A stretch of 64,000 nucleotides of DNA from Cirrosporium novae-zelandiae. Taxonomy: Eukaryota. Where the stretch lies: contig JAPETS010000003.1 of the NCBI GenBank assembly GCA_026023565.1, forward strand, positions 1,240,001 through 1,304,000, written 5' to 3'. The translations under genes and the position numbers were made by a program. Positions 21,339 to 31,136 of this stretch are shown here, piece by piece (the stretch's first letter is position 1; every line of letters starts with the position of its first letter). Below the pieces are notes generated by a model. It was not told the DNA's origin. It saw nothing but the letters and a program-made list of their open reading frames with translations, and ran no database searches.

Positions 21339-22864
21339 ATGTCTTTATCACGCTCGCCATCGCCGCAAAGAGCAGGTGGATGGTCCACTCCAGGTCTTTC
21401 GCCTCCCTTTGAGAATATGAGCGGATCCTCCACGCCGAGAAAAGGATATGGAGACCTCTACGCAAATGGCAGTGGATCTCATACCGTAACCTGGGCATCG
21501 GCCAAAGCAAAAAGTGATGCAGTGAATGGGTACCCATCATTTTCTACAAGAAACAATGGGTGGTTTTATCGGCATGCAAGACAACTCTCCAGCAGTCTAC
21601 CTAGATTCAATATGAATTACGGAAAAGATTATCGAGAATTGGAGAAAATTAATAGAGGAAGATGGCACCCGAGCAATTCATCCAAGCTTAGCAGGATTAG
21701 AACATGTACTGGGGGTATATTACGGCGGATGAAGTTGAGGTTTCTCTTAATTCTTGCACTCATGGTTGGGATTATCTTGTTCTACGTTACCCGTATGTCT
21801 CTTTGCCACCTTTTCATAATGGCAACTCAACTGATTTTATAACAGCCCTACACCATGTATATCAAAGATCCTCGACCTTTGGAGGAGGTGGTAATAAGTT
21901 CGTTCTGGTATTAGGAGCGAATCCCGGCGGTGGAGTCATGGATTGGAAGGGCCCTCGGGAATGGGCTATTGAACGAGACAGTATTAAGAATAAGAGAAAA
22001 TACGTGAAGCGATGGGGTTATGACCTTGAAATTGTTGACATGATGACAAAAAAGAGATACGCCCACGAGTGGAGAGAAAGTTGGGAGAAGGTCGATGCTG
22101 TTCGCAATGCAATGAGGAAGTATCCCAAAGCTGAATGGTATGTCTGAACATTCTAACTCACAGAAATTTTCCTAACCAAAGTTACTAGGTTCTGGTGGCT
22201 TGACTTGAACACTTTCATTATGGAACATTCATACTCGCTCCAACGGCATATCTTTGATCACTTAAACGATAACGTCTATCGAGATATCGACATTTATAAT
22301 CCTCTCCATATTCAACCATCCCTTAATGATACTTATCTGGACCCTGTGTCGCAATCTCCACTCGGAGACAATACAACCAACTCTCTCAACCTTCTTGTTT
22401 CGCAAGACTGCGGTGGCTTCAACCTTGGATCATTCTTTGTCAAACGCAGTGAATGGTCAGATAAGTTACTAGATGTCTGGTGGGATCCAGTAGCATATGA
22501 GCAGAGACATATGGAATGGGAACACAAAGAGCAAGATGCTTTGGAATACATATACTCGAGCCAACCTTGGATCAGGGCTCATACCGGATTCCTCCCCCAG
22601 AGGAAGATCAATAGTTTTCCTCCGGGTGCTTGTGGTGATAACGGTGATGATTCTCGGATTCACTACAATGAATCCGACAGAGATTTCCTTGTTAACATGG
22701 CTGGTTGCGAATGGGGAAGAGACTGTTGGGCCGAAATGTACAAGTATCGGGAACTCAGCAATTATCTCAACCGAACGCCATGGGAGAAATTCAAAGATGG
22801 AATTTCAGATGCATGGAAAAGCATGACACAACAAAAACCAAAGGAAGAGGAGAAGAAGGGCTGA
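21339..22864 (+). CDS. MNN10: GT34-family alpha-1,6-mannosyltransferase (Mnn10-like); exons 21339-21792, 21846-22137, 22189-22864
   Basis: Type II membrane helix, KRYAHEWRESWEK, WFWWLDLNT, QDCGGFNLGSFF, HMEWEHKEQDAL, DFLVNMAGCEWGRDCW. Introns at 21793-21845 and 22138-22188. Confidence 0.92.
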
Positions 22865-23541
22865 TATTGTGAGGAAAAGGCAGGAGAAGAAAACAACAGG
22901 TCGAGGCTAAGTCGAGGCTGGCAATTGCGCCTCGACACCTTTTTCTCTGATCATAAAATTAGATTTGATATGAAAAGGTCCCCTTTAACGTTCTTCCAGG
23001 TTTGGTACGGGGGGTTGTATTTTGGAGTATACCTGTATCCATATTTGGAGTTTCGTGCGGGTGGGATTCATTCTTCTTGCTATATCTGTTCATACATACG
23101 ATGCCTGAGTTGTTCAGGCGAATGGGGCTGCTTCGCTTTCCAGCGTTGTATTGTTAGTTGGAATGAGTGGGTATGATGGTTGAGTCTCAGAGACAGCCTG
23201 ATATGGGATATATCATGCTCATCGTCTATGTTCTTCATCAGCATCCCACTTTGATCATTTTTTCGGGCGAGAGTGGGTCTCCTAACCCATCAGGTTAACT
23301 TTAGCAGTGCAATCTAAGCATTGTTCTCTTAATTGAAATCCCACTGGACTGGGCCAGGCATTAGGAGGTGGGAGGTAAAGGGTGTTCAACAGATGGATTC
23401 TGAGATGCAATATATTTAGAAAAACTAAAGATCATGTCATTGTCTTCACGTTGTGTTAATTCAGATCAAAATGTGTAAGGTTATGATATTGTTGAGCCCA
23501 ATACTATCACCATGAGGACTTTTAAGGCTATTAGAACCAGT

Positions 23542-23589
23542 CAAAGGACGCGATTTTCGCTTAACAAATTACGCGACAAAGGACGCGAT
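23542..23589 (+). promoter_or_regulatory. Cluster of three MCB-like ACGCGA elements upstream of PSO2
   Basis: ACGCGA at 23548, 23571 and 23583. The 13-nt direct repeat CAAAGGACGCGAT occurs at 23542 and 23577. Confidence 0.6.
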
Positions 23590-23712
23590 CCATGCTCTCA
23601 CTTGCCAATGATCTAAGAACTGTTTCAGTAAGCCGGGGGGGAAACACCGACAATCGTCCAATGATTGCCTAAATACCTCTTGCTAGAGAGGTATTGAACG
23701 AGGGCGTTAGGA

Positions 23713-26541
23713 ATGTTTCGCAAGCCTCGTGAGCATCAGTCCTCTACTCCCTTTAAGCCCTCGACCGGCAGGCCACCAACCCCACCGCGATCTTTCAAAT
23801 CTACTCCGAATTCTTCAAGGCTGACAACATCTTCGAAGCCCGTCATGGCTTTCCGATCATCCGTCTCAAAATCACAAAAGAATAGCACATTAAAAAGTAG
23901 CAGTCTGAATAATGGCAGGAAGACATCAGCCTGGTCAGGTGACAAACCTAAATCAAGACCGAATAAGACTATTCTCAACTTCTTCAAAAGGACAGAGATG
24001 CCGGTGGCTTCAAATAAGGGCCTCTTTCTCCCAGATACTAATTCTGGAAGAAACAACAAAGATCTTTCTACTTCAAGGTCACCAAGCCCAGAGAGCATTT
24101 TTGGGGAGAGTGAAGACCTATTAGAAAATGCCAATGGATACAAAAGACAGGAAGAATATGGCAGCAGATTCAATGAAAATAGGGAAGGGAATAAGAGAAG
24201 ACGCTTAAGTCCGTCAGGGAAACAGCCAATGCTTGATGACGCCCATGGAATAGTTGGGAGTGATACACCCATTCCTACCAAAGTTGCATCCCAAGTTTGC
24301 ACGCCTCTACCCCAAAACATAGAGAATTACAAGGAAAATGTAGCCACCAATCTCCCTACAAAGAAAAAGAACCTACGAAAAACGGGGCCATTCATCCAGG
24401 ATTCTGACAGCGAGGACGAAGAAGCCGACGAAGAGAGAAGTGGGCTTCTACTGCATGAGGTACTTGGAAATATCCACCACGATGATGGACCCATTTTTAC
24501 TGATGCCGCCGCCTCAACTATAGTAACCAAGGAACTAAGGAAAGACCCAGGGCCCCATTTAACTTCACCTATATGGACACCGGCAATTTCACACACAGTT
24601 GAAGATGGGGACTTTAATGGTTGTCTAGATATTGGAGATGATGAAGCGTTACAGTTTTTGGATGAGGCTAAGGATGAAGAACGGAGATGGATGAAAAAGC
24701 AACCGAGTTTGGAGGTTGATGAGGATGATGAAGATATCGACGATAGTGATAGAAATGTTGTTCCAAAAGCTGAAGGTGGTGAGATCTGCCAGGCGCTTGA
24801 GGGGACACCCTCGTGCCCGATATGTAATATAAGCTTGGAAGGAATACCCGATTCCAATGCTTCTATCCATGTCAATAACTGCCTTGATGGAAATCCGTCC
24901 CCATTACCACCAAAATCTATGCCATCCCCACAAAGGGTAGATACACCTACAAAAGCTCGCGGGCTCAGCAATATTATGTCTTCAGAACTAGAAACCAGGG
25001 GACCCCCGAAGCTTTCTCAGGCTGATCGAACTGCCATATCGAGGCTGGGGCAAGCGAATCCCTCCGGCCTTATTACTTCCAAGACTCAGGCTTCATCTGC
25101 TTTCACCAAACTGATGTCTGGACATGCAGAGGATAGTGCCTGGGCAGATGCAGCATCAGCAGAGACAGCATCTCGTGGTAAACCAGCCTATAAACGAACG
25201 TGTCCCTTCTATAAAATTATGCCCGGTCTCTTCATATGTGTGGATGCTTTTAGATATGGGGCTGTACAAGGCTGTAACGCTTATTTCTTAAGTCACTTTC
25301 ACAGCGACCATTACATTGGCCTATCTTCTAAATGGTGTCATGGCTCAATCTACTGCAGCCGAGCGACAGCCAATCTAGTGAAGCAGCAGCTAAAAGTCGA
25401 TCCGAGATGGGTTGTCTCTTTGAATTTTGATGAGACTGTCGATGTTCCTGGAACTGGAGGCGTCAGGGTTACCATGATTCCTGCGAACCACTGTCCCGGC
25501 AGCTCGCTCTATCTATTCGAGAAAGCCATGGGTGAGGGAAAGAATCCCCGCGTTCAACGAGTCCTCCACTGTGGAGACTTCAGAGCTTGTCGAGCACACG
25601 TTAAACATCACCTCCTCGAACCCAATGTCATGGACTCCGTGTCAGGAAAGACTAGGGAACAGAAAATTGACGTCTGTTATCTTGATACAACATATTTGAA
25701 CCCCAAATATGCCTTTCCCAGTCAAGGAGATGTCATCACCTCCTGTGTCGACATGTGTGTTAGTATGAGTAAAGATTGTGTCGACGAGAGCGATAACTGG
25801 GGACAGACAAAACGTGAACGAGCCGGAAACGTCATGACCAGGTTTATTAAAAATAGCTCCGCTCCCATCTTGAAAACCACGTCCAGCTCTTCATCCGCGA
25901 ATAATTCCTGTGGCCGTCTCCTTGTTGTCATAGGCACCTACAGCATTGGCAAAGAGCGCCTATGCATCGGTGTAGCCAAAGCGCTCAACTCCAAAATCTT
26001 CGCCCCAGCCGCCAAGCAGAAGATCTGCGGCTGTCTGGAAGACCCTGAACTCATGTCCCTGTTAACATCGGACCCCCTAGAGGCACAAGTCCACATGCAA
26101 ATGATCATGGAGATCCGGCCCGAGACCCTCCAAGAATACCTCAACGGCTATAAACCCCACTTCAGCAGGATTGTAGGTTTCCGACCATCCGGGTGGAACT
26201 ACCGTCCCCCGAACTCGCGTTCCCTCGAAAGCCCCTCCATCTCTTCCGTTCTGCATGGCGAGAACTGGCGTTCCAAATATACAATCCACAGCCTCAATCC
26301 GCAGCGCGGGTCTACTCGCGAGGCGAGTTGCTTTGGGGTGCCATATAGCGAGCATAGCAGTTTTAGGGAGTTGACTATGTTTTGTTGTGCGCTAAGGATC
26401 GACAAGGTTATTCCGACGGTGAATGTAGGGAGTGCGAAGAGTAGGGAGATGATGAAGGGGTGGATTGATAGGTGGACTATGGAGAGGAGAAAGAATGGGG
26501 TTTTCAGGGTTGGGGAGGGGGAAGGTGAGGGCAAGTGGTAA
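23713..26541 (+). CDS. PSO2: DNA interstrand cross-link repair nuclease Pso2/Snm1 (metallo-beta-lactamase/beta-CASP), 942 aa
   Basis: FLSHFHSDHY, ANHCPGS, LHCGDFR, YLDTTY, VPYSEHSSF, VIPTVN, and a UBZ-like finger CPIC...HVNNC. Confidence 0.96.
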   Translation: MFRKPREHQSSTPFKPSTGRPPTPPRSFKSTPNSSRLTTSSKPVMAFRSSVSKSQKNSTLKSSSLNNGRKTSAWSGDKPKSRPNKTILNFFKRTEMPVASNKGLFLPDTNSGRNNKDLSTSRSPSPESIFGESEDLLENANGYKRQEEYGSRFNENREGNKRRRLSPSGKQPMLDDAHGIVGSDTPIPTKVASQVCTPLPQNIENYKENVATNLPTKKKNLRKTGPFIQDSDSEDEEADEERSGLLLHEVLGNIHHDDGPIFTDAAASTIVTKELRKDPGPHLTSPIWTPAISHTVEDGDFNGCLDIGDDEALQFLDEAKDEERRWMKKQPSLEVDEDDEDIDDSDRNVVPKAEGGEICQALEGTPSCPICNISLEGIPDSNASIHVNNCLDGNPSPLPPKSMPSPQRVDTPTKARGLSNIMSSELETRGPPKLSQADRTAISRLGQANPSGLITSKTQASSAFTKLMSGHAEDSAWADAASAETASRGKPAYKRTCPFYKIMPGLFICVDAFRYGAVQGCNAYFLSHFHSDHYIGLSSKWCHGSIYCSRATANLVKQQLKVDPRWVVSLNFDETVDVPGTGGVRVTMIPANHCPGSSLYLFEKAMGEGKNPRVQRVLHCGDFRACRAHVKHHLLEPNVMDSVSGKTREQKIDVCYLDTTYLNPKYAFPSQGDVITSCVDMCVSMSKDCVDESDNWGQTKRERAGNVMTRFIKNSSAPILKTTSSSSSANNSCGRLLVVIGTYSIGKERLCIGVAKALNSKIFAPAAKQKICGCLEDPELMSLLTSDPLEAQVHMQMIMEIRPETLQEYLNGYKPHFSRIVGFRPSGWNYRPPNSRSLESPSISSVLHGENWRSKYTIHSLNPQRGSTREASCFGVPYSEHSSFRELTMFCCALRIDKVIPTVNVGSAKSREMMKGWIDRWTMERRKNGVFRVGEGEGEGKW

Positions 26542-27045
26542 CGCTAGGGTTTGGGGCAAATGGACTGAAATAGTGCAAACGCTTATTTTTAAAGGGTTTT
26601 CCCCGTTCTGAGAGGCCTTTATATACGGTATCTCCAGTTGACAGCCTATCATAATAGTGCATCAATATATATGTATAATTATATATAAAAGAAAGCCTTG
26701 CGCCATATCCCTGCTCAATTCCGTATGTAGCCGAAGATGGTCTATGACCATCTATCCTTTTATAAGTGCTTAATTACTAGTAACATATCCTCTTAATTGG
26801 AAAACCTAGCTGCCAAACTCATAATCGCATCAGGCACGGAGATATGATTCCCAACCTCGACGTAATTTTACTAGTAAAATATACATGTATGTAATACGAC
26901 GTCTTCCTTTCTTGGTTGTATGGTTGGCAGCATCACCATCTTTTCCAGCCCACATTGCATATAGCTCAATCGTAGTTTGTTTTCTCAAACTCTCTATCCC
27001 TCTTTCTCTACTTCACCAAACAATGTCCTCGATAAACGATGACGT

Positions 27046-27489
27046 TTATTCTTTCGACACGTAATTCTGTTGCTGGAAAATGTATCCCCGGATTTTACTC
27101 TCTTTCAAGAGTTCGAAGTACCGCTCTATAGTAAACAAGCATACACATCAATTAGCAACATACACCTCCAAAAAAAAGGAAACATATTTCTTTCACATTC
27201 CCTCCACATCACACCTCCGGCTCCACAAAGTAATTCCTCCCTCTCCTCAGAAAAAAAACTCACCTCTCAAACGCCCACACTTTTCCAAGTGATTAACCCC
27301 CTCCTTATAATAACATTTCGACAATTCCTCCCGCACCAGTCTCGCCATCATGCTGCGCACCCACTGCTCCCGGATAACAGCATCTCGCGCCTGCGCTAGG
27401 CGCTTGTTGTCGTCGTAGTCGACGCCGTCGAATGTTGGGGGGACAGTTGGTTTTTTGGCCTTGAAGAGATCGGATTCGGGGGTCGGCAT
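27046..27489 (-). CDS. Complex I accessory subunit, NDUFB10-type (12 kDa); exons 27489-27264, 27125-27046
   Basis: MPTPES...REQWVRSMMARLVREELSKCYYKEGVNHLEKC; intron gtgagt...gctaat...tatag; exon 2 ERYFELLKESKIRGY...VSKE*. Confidence 0.9.
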
Positions 27490-28318
27490 TTTGGGTGAGG
27501 TGGGTTGGATATTTCGGTGGGATGGGATTGGGGTGGGTGTAGAAGGCGAGGATTGATATAATAGCGAGGGTGGGGGAGGGGGAAGGGAGTGGGGTTCGTG
27601 GATGCGAGAAGAGAGGAGAGGAGATTTGTGCGTCTATGTGTTGCAAGCAATTGAATTTGTTTGTCGAGCTTGGGTTGCGGTGGTGCCAGGCTTGGTTGAG
27701 TCTACGGAAGTTGAGATTGGTAGTGATGATGTTGATTGCTAACTATCTCCGAGCTTCCTTTGGTGCCAAGACTTTTGGGGGAGTCTTCTCCAAGTAATTA
27801 ACAAAGAGGGATTTCATTAGGATTAATGCGGGTTACTAGATTTGCCCTAGTTTCTACAAAAGCTTGTTCTTTTCTTATTATGTACCTACCTAGGTAGTTT
27901 TATCTTATACTAAATAGGACAAAGAATGATACTGAGGGAGGCTTGATGGGTTTTTGGGATGTCATGTTTTGGGATTTTGTTCATGGGAAATGTGGAATAC
28001 ACACTGCATTCAGACATCATAGATAATGATATATATCTATCTCCATCCACCATAAAGTTTGCGAGAGTCCAGCAGATTAATAGAATATTCCAGTGTTTCT
28101 TAATACTCTACTGCTGATATACTCACAGCATCGAGAATATTTTTGGAAGACATTTACACTGGGGATAGAAGATCACCAAGGCTTCAAGATCTCGAAACAG
28201 TTGCAAATATCCAAACAATAAAATCTTGAATGCAACCGGTGCACCCTATATTGAAATCACTCATTCCCTTAACACTCATATCAAGTATTTAATAATTATC
28301 CATTAAAGTCTTCTCAAT

Positions 28319-28804
28319 ATGTGTTTTCACAAGCGTTATATCTTTACCGTGTGCGGTCATATTGTCTTCGCAAATCCTCCATGTGAAAGCCAGAAGGTCT
28401 GGCCGCCAATTCGAACAAGACTAAGCACTGATGATCCAACTTCCCCCACTTGCATTGGACCCAGGAGGCCACCCCACATTCCAATCATGGAATTGGGCCA
28501 GAGGTGTGATGCGGACGCCATCCAGCACCACGGATATGCAACCACCAAAATTTGCAAGCTCTGCCTTGTCTGCCAGAGAAGGCGGGACGGGATGTTGAAG
28601 CAACTGCAGGAGGAACGGAAAAGGGAAGATATGCCGAGTACAGGACTAGAGGTAACGGAAAAGGAAAGGGTTAGTGCGTTACCGATGCTAAAAGAGGATA
28701 TAAAAAAGACATGGTTAAATCCTGGACAGAAATTGGACTTTGAGGATGAATTTGCTACTTGGAGAGAGGATGAAAAGCACGAAGACAATGTGAGATGGGA
28801 GTGA
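28319..28804 (+). CDS. Hypothetical 161-aa protein with a Cys/His-rich N-terminus and a charged C-terminus
   Basis: Intact ATG ORF with MC...CGH...C...C...C...HH...CKLCLVC spacing, flanked by AT-rich sequence. Confidence 0.65.
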   Translation: MCFHKRYIFTVCGHIVFANPPCESQKVWPPIRTRLSTDDPTSPTCIGPRRPPHIPIMELGQRCDADAIQHHGYATTKICKLCLVCQRRRDGMLKQLQEERKREDMPSTGLEVTEKERVSALPMLKEDIKKTWLNPGQKLDFEDEFATWREDEKHEDNVRWE

Positions 28805-29074
28805 GCGTTGCAATTTTAAACTGTGCGGGGGTTCATGGAATGCTTTGAAGAAATGATACCAGGATATTTTATGGTCACAATACTAATTCTCAATAAGCTT
28901 TCTATGTCATCCTCTCAATGACAGCAATGATTTTTCCTACCACATCAATTTCTCGTAGATGCTATGAAATAATCATTCTCTTTGATTTGAGTCCTTTCTT
29001 GTGGCATTCTTCCCTCCTGGCCCCACCAACGACGTTATAACGGCATCATATATATTGTACCTAGTTCTTTTCCA

Positions 29075-29723
29075 TTACTTCGCTCTCGCGGATTGCTGCT
29101 GGGCTTCTATAGAGTTAACAATACCCAATAATCAGCCTTTATTCTCCATTATTCGGCTCCATGGAGCATTTGAGATAAATATGACTTTAAAGGAACTTGG
29201 GAGAGCAAAAAGTGAAAGGAAGACGCACCTCTTCTTGTAGCATCTTCCAGCAATGCCAAATCTACAGCAGCAGCGGGCAGATGCACATATCTCACAACGC
29301 TACCTCTGATAAAAACATTTTTCACTGAGGACTAATTGTAACAAAGAAAATATCAGCCATAATTCTTCCAATACAATCAAACTTGCTCGTGCAGTTTTCT
29401 TCTTTAGCTCTTGCCAGGAGCTTTGCAATTCCAGATCCCGGCACTTCCAATACCAAATTAAAGGTCGATTTTCCTACGCACCAAATGCGGGTACTTGATC
29501 TCCTCCACCACCTGTATATCTTCGAGTTTAATATTCAAGTACTGGTCAACACTCTTAAGAATTCCGCGGATCGATATATCATTCTTGAGTTCCACAGTAA
29601 CTTCGTGGTCGACAAGGGTCTTAAAGAAACTATGGGTTCAACACAAGTTAGTAAATGAATATGGATATAAATAAGAGGACAATACAAAATCTTCCTAAGG
29701 AGTTGTTACCTGAAGAAGAGCAT
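29075..29723 (-). CDS. LSM2: U6 snRNA-associated Sm-like protein Lsm2; exons 29723-29710, 29629-29482, 29331-29229, 29106-29075 (absent from the ORF track)
   Basis: Spliced product MLFFSFFKTLVDHEVTVELKNDISIRGILKSVDQYLNIKL...KYPHLSSVKNVFIRGSVVRYVHLP...DATRREAQQQSARAK*; three canonical introns. Confidence 0.95.
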
Positions 29724-30162
29724 CTTAGCAGTTAAGATGCATCGATGAGAATGTTGTTGGTCATGAGTTTGGAATTTAGGTCGTGATTGTGGGGTGGAAA
29801 TGCGAGATTAGTGATAGTGGAGGGAGGCGGAATTGTAAAGTAAGGGTGTATTTAAGGCGCATTACAATTTCAAGGAAAGAGAACTTAGAGGCCTTTTTAA
29901 TATTATATTCCCAAGAGAAAATATCGTTTTTAGTGAAAAAGAGTTTCTAATTACCTAACTAAAGTGGCTGAATCAAAATTTCCTAACGTTTCATTTGAGT
30001 ATTTCTTCTTACTCCCAAGTTGTTATCTCATGTGTTCACTATTATGAACTCACTAAGGTAAAAATCATGACCTATTTCTCTAAGCTCCATTATATACCTC
30101 AATAAGAATTCAAAACCAGCCTAAACTTCGCTCTCACTCCAGCTCTCACTCTCACTACCGCT

Positions 30163-30771
30163 CTAGATCCCGCTTTCACTATCACTCTCCAGATTCTCAT
30201 CAATAATGTCCCACCCTATCTCACTTTCCATAGCTACCCCTCCCTCATCCTTACTATCATCCCTTTCTTCATTGTCCTGCTTCACCATTTCCAATAATTT
30301 CAACTTCCTCTCTCTCGCCTCCATGGCCATTCTCCTTACCTCTGTCACATCCTCCCTTATTTTATCGAGTTGATCAACGGTAATATCGCACGGCTTATAC
30401 GATACAGTTTCAACACATCTCGCTATTTTGACAGCGGTATCGATTTTGGTGTAGATTAACCGCTGGAAAAGCATGAACGCAACGGTTAAGCATATGCCGT
30501 TAGCGAGGATGAGGGTGCAATCTTGGGAAATGAATGTCATGTGTCTATAAATAAAGTGAGCCTAGTAAGTATTCTTGGGCTGAGCAGAGAAGATGAAAGG
30601 AAATTGTTTAGAGTTGTAGACGTACTGGAACCACTTTACAGGTTCAGGAGGGGGGGGGGGTAGAGAGGCAACTCCAACTTTGACCGCGAGATAGTGAACT
30701 GTGGTGGTTGCGTTTAACCAGAGAGTGTTGAGGAGAGGGACTATGCTGGAGCTATCTATTTGGACGATCAT
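30163..30771 (-). CDS. Hypothetical small membrane protein; exons 30771-30626, 30544-30163
   Basis: Intron gtacgt (30625) to tatag (30545) joins two ORFs in frame (WFQ|HMTF). Contains a poly-Pro stretch, a hydrophobic segment, a coiled-coil-like region and an acidic tail. Confidence 0.65.
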
Positions 30772-31136
30772 ATTTCCTGTTGACTATGGGGGGATGAGGT
30801 GTTGGAGAAGATTTAAAATATTGATGAGGAAGAGGTTTTATTGACAACAAGTGCGGCTTTATAGGGATACCAGGTGGGCGCTCGAGCTTACTCGTGATAT
30901 CCGACCTATACAACGAACCGAACCGACGAAATTCGGCGCAAGGTTTCGGGGTTTGGAAGACAACTGGTGGCAAATGTCTTTTTGTATTGCTTGAGTCGCT
31001 AATAGTAAATGTACTGACATATTAGGGGCTTGGGTATAGTCATCAAATCAAGAAATTACTCCCATCTCATCACCTCATTCACGCCTCAAACATTCAACAT
31101 AAGAAAAGGTTATGATGTTGATTGTGCTTGATGCTC

